From contig OY780938.1 in NCBI GenBank assembly GCA_963676045.1, positions 200,915 to 264,914 on the forward strand: a DNA stretch of 64,000 nucleotides, in the 5' to 3' direction. The notes below the pieces were generated by a model. The model made no database searches. It was not told where the DNA came from and saw only the letters and a list, made by a program, of their open reading frames with translations. Origin of the DNA: an uncultured Candidatus Methanogranum sp. GTDB taxonomy: Archaea > Thermoplasmatota > Thermoplasmata > Methanomassiliicoccales > Methanomethylophilaceae. This document shows positions 29,154 through 37,915 of this stretch, piece by piece (positions within the stretch are counted from its first letter, which is position 1; each line of letters begins with the position of its first letter). The translations under genes were made by a program, and so were the position numbers.

Positions 29154-30344
29154 GTGGCCACTTTCAAATTCATACACTGTTCAGATCTGCATCTTGGAAG
29201 CAGGGCATATGGTATCCTCAGCAGAGACCCGGAGTTAGGTAAGAGGATGACAGAGGCGACCTTCAAGTCGTTCTCAAGGATAATGGACCGTGCCATAAAG
29301 GACAATGTGGATTTTATCGTAATCTCGGGTGACATATTCGATGAGACTACGGAGACACCGGCGACACGTTATAGATTCTCTATGGAACTTTCAAGGACTG
29401 ACATCCCGATATTCATCTGTCTTGGAAATCATGACTATATGATGTCATGGACAGATAGCATACCTTATCCAAAGAATGTACATGTTTTCAATAAAGAACC
29501 AGAGAGCATCGTGCTAAGTTTATCAAACGGTGCTGTGGAGATAATCGGTAGGAGTTTTCCTTCAGCTCATTCCTCTTTGAATCCCATTCAAGACATAAAG
29601 GGTAAAGATGGTATCTTCTCTGTAGCGCTCGTCCATTGCAGTGTTGATGTGGTTGCAATGGATGACGAATACGGACCGTGTAGACTTTCAGATATGTTGA
29701 ACAGATCCGTGGATTATTGGGCCTTGGGACATATACACAAGAGGTCCGAATTGAGCAGGGATCCATGCGTGGTGTATCCCGGTAATATTCAGGGCAGGAG
29801 CAGGAGGGAGATAGGCCCCAAGGGTGCATATATGGTCCGCGTCACCAATGATCAGGTTCAAGGTCTGGAATTCTTCCCAACACAAGAGGTTCTATGGGAG
29901 GATGTTTGTTGCGATATATCCGACAAGACCATGAGTTCTTTGATGAAAGATATAATCGCCTCTGTTAAAAGAGGGTCCATTGTCAACCTGACATTATCCG
30001 GACGTGGTCTTCTAGATAACATATTACGTTTAGATACATATGCGGTAATACAACAGATAGAACTGATATCTGGTTGTTATTTAGCAGATGTTCGTATCAA
30101 TACCTATCCTTCAATAGATAGGAATGAGTTGTCAAAAGGTAATGATATACGTTCCAAGATAATACAATCATCAGATAGCATCTCTCTGCTTGGGCGGGAG
30201 GAGATCATAGATATGATATGCTCCACGAAACAATCAGCTTCGATAAGGTATATGCTGGAGTGGTTGGACGATGATGAATTGAAGGCTTTGGTCCACGATT
30301 CGGAAGCACTTCTCATCGATAAGCTGACGGGGGTATCGAGATGA
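29154..30344 (+). CDS. Mre11/SbcD-family metallophosphoesterase nuclease (YhaO-like)
   Basis: Phosphoesterase motifs HCSDLHLG, SGDIFD, LGNHD and LGHIH. 396 aa. The stop overlaps the next start (ATGA 30341-30344). Confidence 0.8.
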   Translation: MATFKFIHCSDLHLGSRAYGILSRDPELGKRMTEATFKSFSRIMDRAIKDNVDFIVISGDIFDETTETPATRYRFSMELSRTDIPIFICLGNHDYMMSWTDSIPYPKNVHVFNKEPESIVLSLSNGAVEIIGRSFPSAHSSLNPIQDIKGKDGIFSVALVHCSVDVVAMDDEYGPCRLSDMLNRSVDYWALGHIHKRSELSRDPCVVYPGNIQGRSRREIGPKGAYMVRVTNDQVQGLEFFPTQEVLWEDVCCDISDKTMSSLMKDIIASVKRGSIVNLTLSGRGLLDNILRLDTYAVIQQIELISGCYLADVRINTYPSIDRNELSKGNDIRSKIIQSSDSISLLGREEIIDMICSTKQSASIRYMLEWLDDDELKALVHDSEALLIDKLTGVSR

Positions 30345-32542
30345 GGATATCATCAATCCGCATCGGTTCATTCGGTGAGCTGAGGGATAGGAGATTGGAC
30401 CCTGGCCATAATCTCACTCTGATATATGGAAAGAATGAGACAGGCAAGACAACAATAATGGAATTCACAAGGAGTACGATGTTTCCAGACAACCAGAGGA
30501 AACATTATCCGGAGTACAGGAGCACCGATCAAGGCGAGCTTGATTATGAGGACTGCTCTGGGGAGAGATTCACGATATTCCGTGAGGGTAAGAAGGTGAG
30601 GTCTGATCATATGCCTTCAGAATCCGTGCATATGGAACCACAGCTGTACAGATCGTTGTTTGCAATGTCGCCCGACGATCTCAGGGATTCGAAGGTAATC
30701 TCTTCGGGAGATATCAAAAATCGTTTCCTCACGATACCTGGCGGGGACCTATTGCCCAAGACGATCGATGATATCGATTCTGAGATGAAAGAGATAATGA
30801 GCGTTGATAGAAAATCGTCGTCAACAAAAATATCCAAATTAATGTTCGATATAGAAGACAACAACAGGGAAATCATCGCATTCAAGGAGAAGGACGATCA
30901 ATATTATCAGAAGGTATCTGAGAGAAACGATCTTTTGAGAACCTTCGAGTCTTTAAAGGATGAGAAGAGTAAAAACGATACGGAAGTGGTCAAATACAAG
31001 GTACAAAGTTCGCAAAATGAGAACGTGTCCAGACTGGATGGTCTGAAAGCAAAGAAAGAGGGGCTGTCAGTATCCGCGATAGTATCTGATGGCGACATAG
31101 GAAGATACGATCTATTGAAGAGGGACCTAAAGGCAGCCGCGAGGCAGGCAGATGTTGCCCGTTCGGATTATGAGGGTTACAAGGATTCCACCGAGGGTAT
31201 AGACCATGCCCAATTATTGGTACATCGTTCTACTATAGAGGACTTGAAACAGAAGGAGCAGTATTACTCTCAGATCTCCAGGCAGAAACAGGAATTCATT
31301 TCCAATGAAGAAAAGGCAAGGGATGATGCGAACAGGCGGGTCATTCGGAGGGATGATTCAAGTTCAAAGGATTTTGATAGAAGACCAATATTATTGGGCA
31401 TACTTGGACTGATCGTTTTCACGATGATCGGAATATTATCGAATATCCTGGTCTCGTTTATCGGAGTGGCGATATTGGCAATCTCCATCTGGTTCTCTTT
31501 CAACGGCAGTACCAAGAAACAAGATCCGAAAACGGACACCGTCGATAATACGCAGGTAGAATATTGGCATGATAAGGCAGCAGTAACGGACAGAGAGATC
31601 TCCGAGATGGATAGGACCCTGAACAATCTGTCCAAAAGATTGGGTCTGGAGAGGTCGTCGTTCATCATGGACGTGGACCACATCCATTCATTGCTGGGAA
31701 ATGCGATGGGCGTGAACAGGGCAATAGAGAATAAGGAAAGATCGGAGATCTCAGAGAGCAAAGCCCAATCGGATCTAAATCTCTTCATCTCCAAGTTCGG
31801 TTCCGAGGAGAGGTTCATGGAACTATGCAAGATGAAGAAGGAATACGATTCCGTATGCGGTCAGATAGGTGTATTGGAAGAGAGCATAAGGTCGTCAGGT
31901 TATGTAAACGATGCTCCAATGGTGGAGATCCAGGACGGGTCCGAGATCCAGGGGAGGATCGAGGACATACAAAGGAAGATAGGCGATATTGATAGACAGA
32001 TAACCTCCATACGCGAAGAGAATCAAATGGAAAGGTTGCTGGATATGCGCACGATATTGACGACCGACCTATACAACGCAGTGAAGAGATGGGCCGTTCT
32101 ATCGATGGCGAGGTCGATGGTCGAGAATGCATGCGATTCAATATATTCTGATGTACAGCCAGGTGTAATATGCACCGCCGACGGTCTTGTAAGGTCCATG
32201 ACATGTGGAAGATACGGGCTTGAGATGGACATACGTACAAACGAAGTGAAGGTGGTCTCGGGGACCACAGGCAAGAAAGAGGGAGAATGGAGCACGGGTC
32301 TGGGGGATCAGGTCTATCTGTCAATAAAACTGGCGATCGCAAAAGAAATGTCGCGCGAGGAACCTCTGCCGATAATTTTGGATGATGTACTGCTCATGTT
32401 CGATTCAGATAGGAAGAAGAGCGCCTGCGATGCATTGATCGGTTTGTCGAACGAGATGCAGATCCTATTCTTCACGTGTGATGCAGAGACCTTGTCGATC
32501 ATGCGTGATTGCAATGCATGTAAGATAGTGGAAATACTGTAA
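30341..32542 (+). CDS. Rad50/SbcC-like SMC-type ATPase with central transmembrane hairpin (YhaN-like)
   Basis: Walker A GKNETGKTT. C-terminal signature STGLGDQVYLSIKLA and Walker B LPIILDDVL. Long charged helical arms flank two hydrophobic helices at 31381-31505 (ILLGILGLIVFTMIGILSNILVSFIGVAILAISIWF). No CxxC hook. Confidence 0.8.
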   Translation: MRISSIRIGSFGELRDRRLDPGHNLTLIYGKNETGKTTIMEFTRSTMFPDNQRKHYPEYRSTDQGELDYEDCSGERFTIFREGKKVRSDHMPSESVHMEPQLYRSLFAMSPDDLRDSKVISSGDIKNRFLTIPGGDLLPKTIDDIDSEMKEIMSVDRKSSSTKISKLMFDIEDNNREIIAFKEKDDQYYQKVSERNDLLRTFESLKDEKSKNDTEVVKYKVQSSQNENVSRLDGLKAKKEGLSVSAIVSDGDIGRYDLLKRDLKAAARQADVARSDYEGYKDSTEGIDHAQLLVHRSTIEDLKQKEQYYSQISRQKQEFISNEEKARDDANRRVIRRDDSSSKDFDRRPILLGILGLIVFTMIGILSNILVSFIGVAILAISIWFSFNGSTKKQDPKTDTVDNTQVEYWHDKAAVTDREISEMDRTLNNLSKRLGLERSSFIMDVDHIHSLLGNAMGVNRAIENKERSEISESKAQSDLNLFISKFGSEERFMELCKMKKEYDSVCGQIGVLEESIRSSGYVNDAPMVEIQDGSEIQGRIEDIQRKIGDIDRQITSIREENQMERLLDMRTILTTDLYNAVKRWAVLSMARSMVENACDSIYSDVQPGVICTADGLVRSMTCGRYGLEMDIRTNEVKVVSGTTGKKEGEWSTGLGDQVYLSIKLAIAKEMSREEPLPIILDDVLLMFDSDRKKSACDALIGLSNEMQILFFTCDAETLSIMRDCNACKIVEIL

Positions 32543-32819
32543 ATGGATTCAAAACACCAAAAATGATTTAAATATCGGATACCTATGGAATGTCAAGGGA
32601 AGCATACTGTTCCCTGTTCACTGATTCACTATCACAATCACATACCCTTGCCAGGAAGCGGGGAAGTACTACGCCGTGCCACACAGCAAAGATCTGTCTG
32701 GCTCAAAGATAAACGGCATTCAAAGATGGGAAGCGCAGGATGCACACAGCCATATGGAAGATAAAATCCATTCGTGTGCTCAGGTAAAAGATAACAGCAG
32801 AGCAGGAAATTGTATTTTT

Positions 32820-32838
32820 CCCTCCAACCCGTGGAGGG
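32820..32838 (+). promoter_or_regulatory. hairpin enclosing the dnaG Shine-Dalgarno sequence
   Basis: ccctcca-acccg-tggaggg is a perfect 7-bp stem. Its 3' arm contains GGAGG, 6 nt before ATG 32844. Confidence 0.3.
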
Positions 32839-32843
32839 TTCAT

Positions 32844-34736
32844 ATGAATATTGATCCAAACGCAACAAAATATATGATCAAAGCCAAGATAACCGCTGAT
32901 GGCATCGTTGAGAAACCAGATGTCGTCGGCGCGATATTCGGGCAGACAGAAGGACTTCTTGGAGACGATCTCGATCTGAGAGACCTTCAAAAATCAGGCA
33001 GAATCGGAAGGATAGAGGTAGATATTGTCTCGAAGGGCGGGAAGTCTGAGGGAATAGTCTACATGGCATCATCACTCGACCAGGTAGAGACAGTTGTTCT
33101 CGCATCCGCACTCGAGACGATCGACCGTGTCGGACCTTGCAAGGCAGCGATCCGTGTCCTCGGAATAGAGGATGTGCGCATAACCAAGAGGGAGAAGGTC
33201 GTAGAGCGTGCAAAGGAACTTTTGAATGATCTGATAGCGCAATCCAAGGGAACATCCTCGGATCTTACGCAGAGTATAAGGCAGTCAATACAGGTTGAGG
33301 AGATAACCACATACGGAAAGGACAAATGTCCTGCCGGTCCAGCGGTCAAGGATTCAGAATCCATTATAATCGTTGAGGGAAGGTCAGATGTCCTCAATCT
33401 GCTAAGAGCAGGTATCAAGAACGCCATCGCAGTAGAGGGTACGAACATACCCAAGACGGTCCAGGACCTTTCAAGGGAAAGGGTCGCTACTGCTTTCACA
33501 GATGGGGACAGAGGAGGCGAATTGATCCTCAGGGAACTTTTCCAGACATCGGAGATTGATTTCGTCGCTCGCGCACCTCGTGCTCACGAGGTAGAGGAGC
33601 TGAGTTCCAAACAGATAGTGAAATGCCTTCGCAACAAGGTCCCCGGTGACCAATACATGGAGATGAACGGCCTCAGTTATGAGGAGAAGGAACTAGGCGA
33701 GACATCTGAGCGCGACCTCCGTGAGGGTGAGCGCGAAGACCGCCATGAGCGTACCAAGGAGAGCCGCGACCGCGAGGAAGAGAGGCCAAGAAGGGACCGC
33801 GATTCACGTGGCGACGAACGTCGCGAGCGCAGAACCGACAGGACAGAGAGGCCAGAAAGGTCTGAAAGACCGGAGAGGGCTGAGAGGACCACTGAGAGGA
33901 CCACTGAGAGAACCGACAGGCCAACCGAGAGGACCGACAGGAACGACAGGACAGAGAGGCCAGAAAGGTCTGAAAGACCGGAGAGGGCTGAGAGGACCAC
34001 TGAGAGAACCGACAGGCCAACCGAGAGGACCGACAGGAACGACAGAAGGAAAGAAAGGACGACGACAAGGGATTCTTCCGAGTCCGATCAAGATGAACGT
34101 CGCGAGCGCAAAGAGAGATTCAACAGCGAGAACGCCGAGAGATTCAAGAAGAAGGTATCACGCGAGGAAGTGGCCGAGGAAAGCTCCGAACATGCGGATG
34201 AGTCTGCAGAGTCTGAGAACAAGATAGCAGAGATCAAAGAATCCACAGTAGTGGAGAAGTCTACAGAGTCATTCGACAGGTCCGAATCCTCAGAGGAAAC
34301 AAGGGTAAATGATTTCCAGGATGATTCCAAGAAGAAGAGGGTACGCGAGAAATCCGAGAAGACGGAGAGGGCACCGAGGGATGAGGAGAAATCTGGAAGG
34401 ACACTCCGCTCCAAGAAGGACAGGAACACAAAGACCCTGTCTCCGGAGCAGGAGATATTCAGGGACATGCTCCTCGATATGTCATCGACCCATAATGCGA
34501 AGATACTCTCAACGGACAACTCCGTCATAAAAGAGGTAGCTGTCAAAGGACTCGTCAATTCACTCAAGGAAGAGTCCGAGGGAATATCCACAATAATCTT
34601 CGACGGCGTCATTTCCCAGAGGATACTTGATGTATCTGCTGAGAAAGGAATAGGCACCATAGTCGGTACTCGCAAGGGAAACATCACTAAGATGCCTGCT
34701 AATATAGTCATCTGGACCAAAGAGGACCTCTATTGA
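32844..34736 (+). CDS. dnaG: archaeal DnaG (Toprim primase/exosome-associated) with large charged insertion
   Basis: N-terminal KYMIKAKITADGIVEKPDVVGAIFGQTEGLLG and Toprim motifs IIIVEGRSDV and TDGDRGGE. The C-terminal domain resumes near FRDMLLDM. I rejected the listed start at 32676 in favour of the SD-preceded ATG 32844. Confidence 0.85.
   Translation: MNIDPNATKYMIKAKITADGIVEKPDVVGAIFGQTEGLLGDDLDLRDLQKSGRIGRIEVDIVSKGGKSEGIVYMASSLDQVETVVLASALETIDRVGPCKAAIRVLGIEDVRITKREKVVERAKELLNDLIAQSKGTSSDLTQSIRQSIQVEEITTYGKDKCPAGPAVKDSESIIIVEGRSDVLNLLRAGIKNAIAVEGTNIPKTVQDLSRERVATAFTDGDRGGELILRELFQTSEIDFVARAPRAHEVEELSSKQIVKCLRNKVPGDQYMEMNGLSYEEKELGETSERDLREGEREDRHERTKESRDREEERPRRDRDSRGDERRERRTDRTERPERSERPERAERTTERTTERTDRPTERTDRNDRTERPERSERPERAERTTERTDRPTERTDRNDRRKERTTTRDSSESDQDERRERKERFNSENAERFKKKVSREEVAEESSEHADESAESENKIAEIKESTVVEKSTESFDRSESSEETRVNDFQDDSKKKRVREKSEKTERAPRDEEKSGRTLRSKKDRNTKTLSPEQEIFRDMLLDMSSTHNAKILSTDNSVIKEVAVKGLVNSLKEESEGISTIIFDGVISQRILDVSAEKGIGTIVGTRKGNITKMPANIVIWTKEDLY
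33837..34040 (+). repeat. in-frame tandem duplication (108 bp + 96 bp) inside dnaG
   Basis: Unit 1 (33837-33944) and unit 2 (33945-34040) are identical except for an extra 12-nt gaccactgagag in unit 1. They encode DRTERPERSERPERAERTTER(TTER)TDRPTERTDRN. Confidence 0.85.
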
Positions 34737-34746
34737 GCTGATCCAA

Positions 34747-36264
34747 ATGGTCAAGAAGAAACTAGTGGATGTCTGGGATGATGTGGCCTCTTTGAAGAGC
34801 ACCGCTGAGATCCAGATACCTCAAAACCCCTTAGATAGGGTCCTAGGGCAGGAGGAGGCCATAGAGCTTGCCAAGATCGCTGCAATACAGCGCAGGCATC
34901 TTCTACTGGTCGGCCCACCAGGGACAGGAAAGTCGATGATCGCTCGCGCGATATCGATGAACCTTCCCAAGCCCACACAGGAGATAAGGGTGGTCAAGAA
35001 TCCGGAGAACTCCGAAAGGCCGTTCTTGGAGATCTTGAATGAGGGGCAGGTTAACGAGGAGGAGGACATAAGGGCCGAATCCGTTGGAAAGCTGTTGGAT
35101 CCAGACAAGGCACCGCAGAATGTCGCAGAGCGTCTCGGATACATGTGCAGATACTGCAAGGCATATTCTTCACCCGCTGAAGTAGTATGCCCAACATGTC
35201 AGAAGAGCAAGATGGATGTCGGTACGAACAACAATCCCTTCGGTGATCTCATCGGAGGATTGCTCGAATCTGCGATGCCTCAGGTCGTTGCAGGCAAGGA
35301 CAAGGTCCATACGACACGTGTCCTTGCAGATGGTACTGAGGAGACTGTCGTGTTCGAGCGCGCAGGCGACAAGATAAGGATGCTGGACAACAAATCCTTG
35401 CAAAAGAGGAGTCAGTTGAACAAGAAATCCAATCAGAAGGTGCTTGTGAAACTCAACAGGGACCCATTCGTGATGGCCACCGGTGCATCGGAGACCGAAT
35501 TGCTGGGTGATGTGAAGCACGATCCTTATGGGGGACATGAGAAGCTCGGAACCCCCGCATATGAGAGGGTGGTCGCAGGTTCGATACACGAGGCCCACGA
35601 GGGCGTCCTCTTCATCGATGAGATATCCCATATAGGGAATCTCCAAAGGTTCATACTCACTGCGATGCAGGATAAGAAATTCCCGATAGCTGGAAGGAAT
35701 TCGCAGTCTGCAGGTGCGAGCGTGAAGGTCGATAACGTACCTTGCGATTTCATACTTGTAGCGGCCTGTAACATACAGGACCTCGAGAACATATTGTCTC
35801 CGTTGAGGTCGAGGGTGATCGGCTGCGGATACGAGGTACTCGTCGACGTTGCGATGCCTGATACGCCTCACAATCGTGCGAGATACGCGCAATTCGTCGC
35901 TCAGGAGATACAGATGGATGGTCGCATACCGCCTGCGACGATAGAGGCTGTAGAACTCATAATCGAGGAAGGCAAGAAGCGTGCCAAGATTGACAATCAA
36001 CTCAATGCCCTCACTCTCAGATTGAGGGAGATGGGCGGATTGATCAGAGCCGCCGGCGACATAGCTGTGATGGAAAAATCCAAGGTGATAACCGCAGAGC
36101 ACATCAGGATGGCCGAGAGGAGATCGAGACCAGCTGAGGACCAGATCAAGGAGAGATACGGTTCATATCAGAGAGGGGTCTCCAAGGATATGTCAAAGGC
36201 ACAGAATGAGAAGTCTGAATATTATCTCGAGAATGAGCATATCGGCGACACGATGTACAATTAA
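34747..36264 (+). CDS. LonB-type AAA+ ATPase lacking TM anchor and S16 protease domain
   Basis: LDRVLGQEEAIELAKIAAIQRRHLLLVGPPGTGKSM, HEGVLFIDEI and LRSRV match the LonB ATPase module. The Walker A-B insert carries CRYC...CPTC instead of TM helices. The ORF ends ~25 aa after the ATPase module and is followed by a terminator. Confidence 0.75.
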   Translation: MVKKKLVDVWDDVASLKSTAEIQIPQNPLDRVLGQEEAIELAKIAAIQRRHLLLVGPPGTGKSMIARAISMNLPKPTQEIRVVKNPENSERPFLEILNEGQVNEEEDIRAESVGKLLDPDKAPQNVAERLGYMCRYCKAYSSPAEVVCPTCQKSKMDVGTNNNPFGDLIGGLLESAMPQVVAGKDKVHTTRVLADGTEETVVFERAGDKIRMLDNKSLQKRSQLNKKSNQKVLVKLNRDPFVMATGASETELLGDVKHDPYGGHEKLGTPAYERVVAGSIHEAHEGVLFIDEISHIGNLQRFILTAMQDKKFPIAGRNSQSAGASVKVDNVPCDFILVAACNIQDLENILSPLRSRVIGCGYEVLVDVAMPDTPHNRARYAQFVAQEIQMDGRIPPATIEAVELIIEEGKKRAKIDNQLNALTLRLREMGGLIRAAGDIAVMEKSKVITAEHIRMAERRSRPAEDQIKERYGSYQRGVSKDMSKAQNEKSEYYLENEHIGDTMYN

Positions 36265-36272
36265 TCAATTTC

Positions 36273-36297
36273 CTGTCCGTGAGGACAGTCTTTTTTA
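36273..36297 (+). terminator. hairpin plus T-tract terminator
   Basis: ctgtcc-gtga-ggacag followed by tcttttttatttc, 9 nt after the stop at 36264. Confidence 0.55.
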
Positions 36298-36395
36298 TTT
36301 CTTTCAATAGTATTGAATTTATTTTCAACATTCTTCAATTACCTCTGTATCATTTTCATTCAATTTATCCTAATTAGGAATTTATTTCCGAAAAG

Positions 36396-36403
36396 TATAA
36401 TAA
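36396..36403 (+). promoter_or_regulatory. TATA-box-like element of the CoM-associated operon
   Basis: tataataa lies 22 nt upstream of ATG 36426, suggesting a leaderless transcript. Confidence 0.4.
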
Positions 36404-36425
36404 AACCTATCAAACATATAGGATT

Positions 36426-37205
36426 ATGACTGAGATATCAGACCCGATAGTCATAACAGTGTATCCTGGTAGGACAAAAGATGGAAGATCAGAGAATTTC
36501 GAGCCAATAAACATCAGTCTCGGCGATACGATATCTATCGTAGGGCCTACAGGTTCTGGAAAGACAGCATTCATTAATGATATAGAGGTTTTCGCACAGC
36601 GGGACACGATAACGAACCGTCTTGTGAAGGTCAACGGGGAAATGCCATCTGAGGAACTGATCAGGGACCCCGCGCATAAACCTATAGCGATGATAACGCA
36701 GAATACTAAGTGCCTTGCCGATCTCAACGTCAAAGATTTCTTGACCATGCATGCAAGGACGAGGAACAACCTCAACGAAGGCATCGTTCAGAAGGTCATA
36801 TCGCTTGCAAATCAGTTCACAGGCGAAGAGATCAGAGAGGATTACAAGATGTCATCTCTTTCTGGTGGACAGACACGTTCACTCATGATATCCGATGCGG
36901 TCCTGATATCTAATACTCCGATATTGCTATTGGACGAGATAGAGAGTGCGGGAATATTCAAGGACAGGGTCATAACGAAATTGAAGGAACTCAACAAGGC
37001 GGTGATCTTCGTGACACACGACCCATATGTATCGCTGCTATCCGACCGCAGGATAGTGATGAGGGGAGGCGAAGTGATATCGGTACTATATCCGAACGAG
37101 GTCGAGAAGGAGGCGCGTGAGAAGATCCGCGACCTCGATATAGTGTTGTTCACAGTGCGTGAAAGGATAAGGACCGGGGAATTGATCAGGGGCGGATCGA
37201 TTTGA
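36426..37205 (+). CDS. ABC-type ATPase (no permease partner in window)
   Basis: Walker A GPTGSGKT, signature LSGGQ, Walker B ILLLDE, H-loop VTHD. Confidence 0.7.
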   Translation: MTEISDPIVITVYPGRTKDGRSENFEPINISLGDTISIVGPTGSGKTAFINDIEVFAQRDTITNRLVKVNGEMPSEELIRDPAHKPIAMITQNTKCLADLNVKDFLTMHARTRNNLNEGIVQKVISLANQFTGEEIREDYKMSSLSGGQTRSLMISDAVLISNTPILLLDEIESAGIFKDRVITKLKELNKAVIFVTHDPYVSLLSDRRIVMRGGEVISVLYPNEVEKEAREKIRDLDIVLFTVRERIRTGELIRGGSI

Positions 37206-37216
37206 ATGTCAAATTG

Positions 37217-37915
37217 ATGGTGGTGGCAGGACCTCCGAGTTCAGGAAAGACAGCGGTCATAAAGAAGATGATCGAGCACCTTCAACCTGATAAAAAGGTG
37301 GCATACCTGAAGGTCGACGTGGTCGTTGCCTTCGAAGATGAAGAATTGCACAGGGAGTACGGCATACCTACAAAGAAGGTCTATTCTGGGGATATGTGCC
37401 CCGACCACATGGGCATAATGGTTGTCCGCGATGCATTGGACTGGGCAGAGAGGAATGGTGCGGACGTCCTCATATACGAAAGTGCCGGATTATGTCTCAG
37501 ATGCACGCCATATCTGACAGATTCCCTCGGGATATGCGTCATGTCTGCGTTGTCAGGGACCCATGCGCCATTGAAGATGGCCCCGATGATAGCTCTCGCG
37601 GACGCATGCGTCGTCACAAAGACGGACCTCATATCCCAGGCAGAGAAGGAGGTGTTCAGGGAATCCATACGCAAAGTATCACCTCAGATGGACATAGTGG
37701 AGACAAATGCAGTCCAGGGAACGGGGATGAAGTATCTTTTCCGCATAATGGATTCAGTGGAACCCATCGAGGATTTCTCGAAGATGGAACTCAGAGGCGT
37801 GCCACCATTGGGAGTATGCACGATATGTATAGGTAAGAGGAACATCGGATGGCAGAATCATTTCGGCGTGATAAGGAGGATCGAAGATGCAGACAACATC
37901 TATCGCGGAGAATGA
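37217..37915 (+). CDS. G3E/SIMIBI-type P-loop GTPase (UreG/HypB/CobW-like metallochaperone fold)
   Basis: GPPSSGKT, the YESAG switch and a TKTD specificity motif. GDMCPDH resembles the UreG CPH metal site. C-terminal CTIC pair. An alternative TTG start at 37202 overlaps the upstream stop. Confidence 0.6.
   Translation: MVVAGPPSSGKTAVIKKMIEHLQPDKKVAYLKVDVVVAFEDEELHREYGIPTKKVYSGDMCPDHMGIMVVRDALDWAERNGADVLIYESAGLCLRCTPYLTDSLGICVMSALSGTHAPLKMAPMIALADACVVTKTDLISQAEKEVFRESIRKVSPQMDIVETNAVQGTGMKYLFRIMDSVEPIEDFSKMELRGVPPLGVCTICIGKRNIGWQNHFGVIRRIEDADNIYRGE

Noticed and set aside
32543-32843. Possible SRP RNA or other structured ncRNA upstream of dnaG (CCAGGAAGCGGGGAAG is vaguely reminiscent of the SRP domain IV region).
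   Set aside because: The resemblance is limited to a few bases. There is no GGAA-tetraloop helix with the symmetric/asymmetric loop pattern, no 5'/3' terminal pairing, and the GC content is not elevated as expected for structured archaeal RNAs. I kept it only as a leader/hairpin observation.
33837-34040. Possible CRISPR array or minisatellite.
   Set aside because: There are only two and a fraction directly abutting units with no spacers, they are in frame within a CDS, and no cas genes are in the window. No other regularly spaced repeats were seen anywhere in the 64 kb.
33673-34227. Three overlapping ORFs (33673-34068 -, 33721-34227 +, 33804-34091 -) with repetitive PLG/SLS/RGP peptides.
   Set aside because: They are alternative readings of the purine-rich tandem repeat inside dnaG. 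The dnaG frame is continuous with conserved flanking domains, so these are compositional artefacts.
35170-36102. Long antisense or alternative-frame ORFs in the track. Examples: 35170-36102 (310 aa), 54198-55070 (290 aa), 47053-47949 (298 aa), 57244-57918 (224 aa), 7233-7847 (204 aa), 22117-22728 (203 aa), 4452-5087 (211 aa), 58628-59485 N-terminal part.
   Set aside because: Each lies entirely within, and opposite or out of frame to, a gene with unmistakable family motifs (Lon-like, ppx, fbp, nre, trkA, addA/P-type ATPase, trm1). Their translations are low-complexity (R/H/L/P/S-rich) with no motifs. They are shadow ORFs favoured by the lack of TAG/TAA in the coding frame complement.
34747-36264. 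Lon-like gene as a frameshifted pseudogene of a full LonB.
   Set aside because: No protease-like reading frame exists downstream. The stop is followed after 9 nt by a hairpin plus T-tract and then by the next operon's promoter. Truncation by sequencing error cannot be fully excluded without reads.
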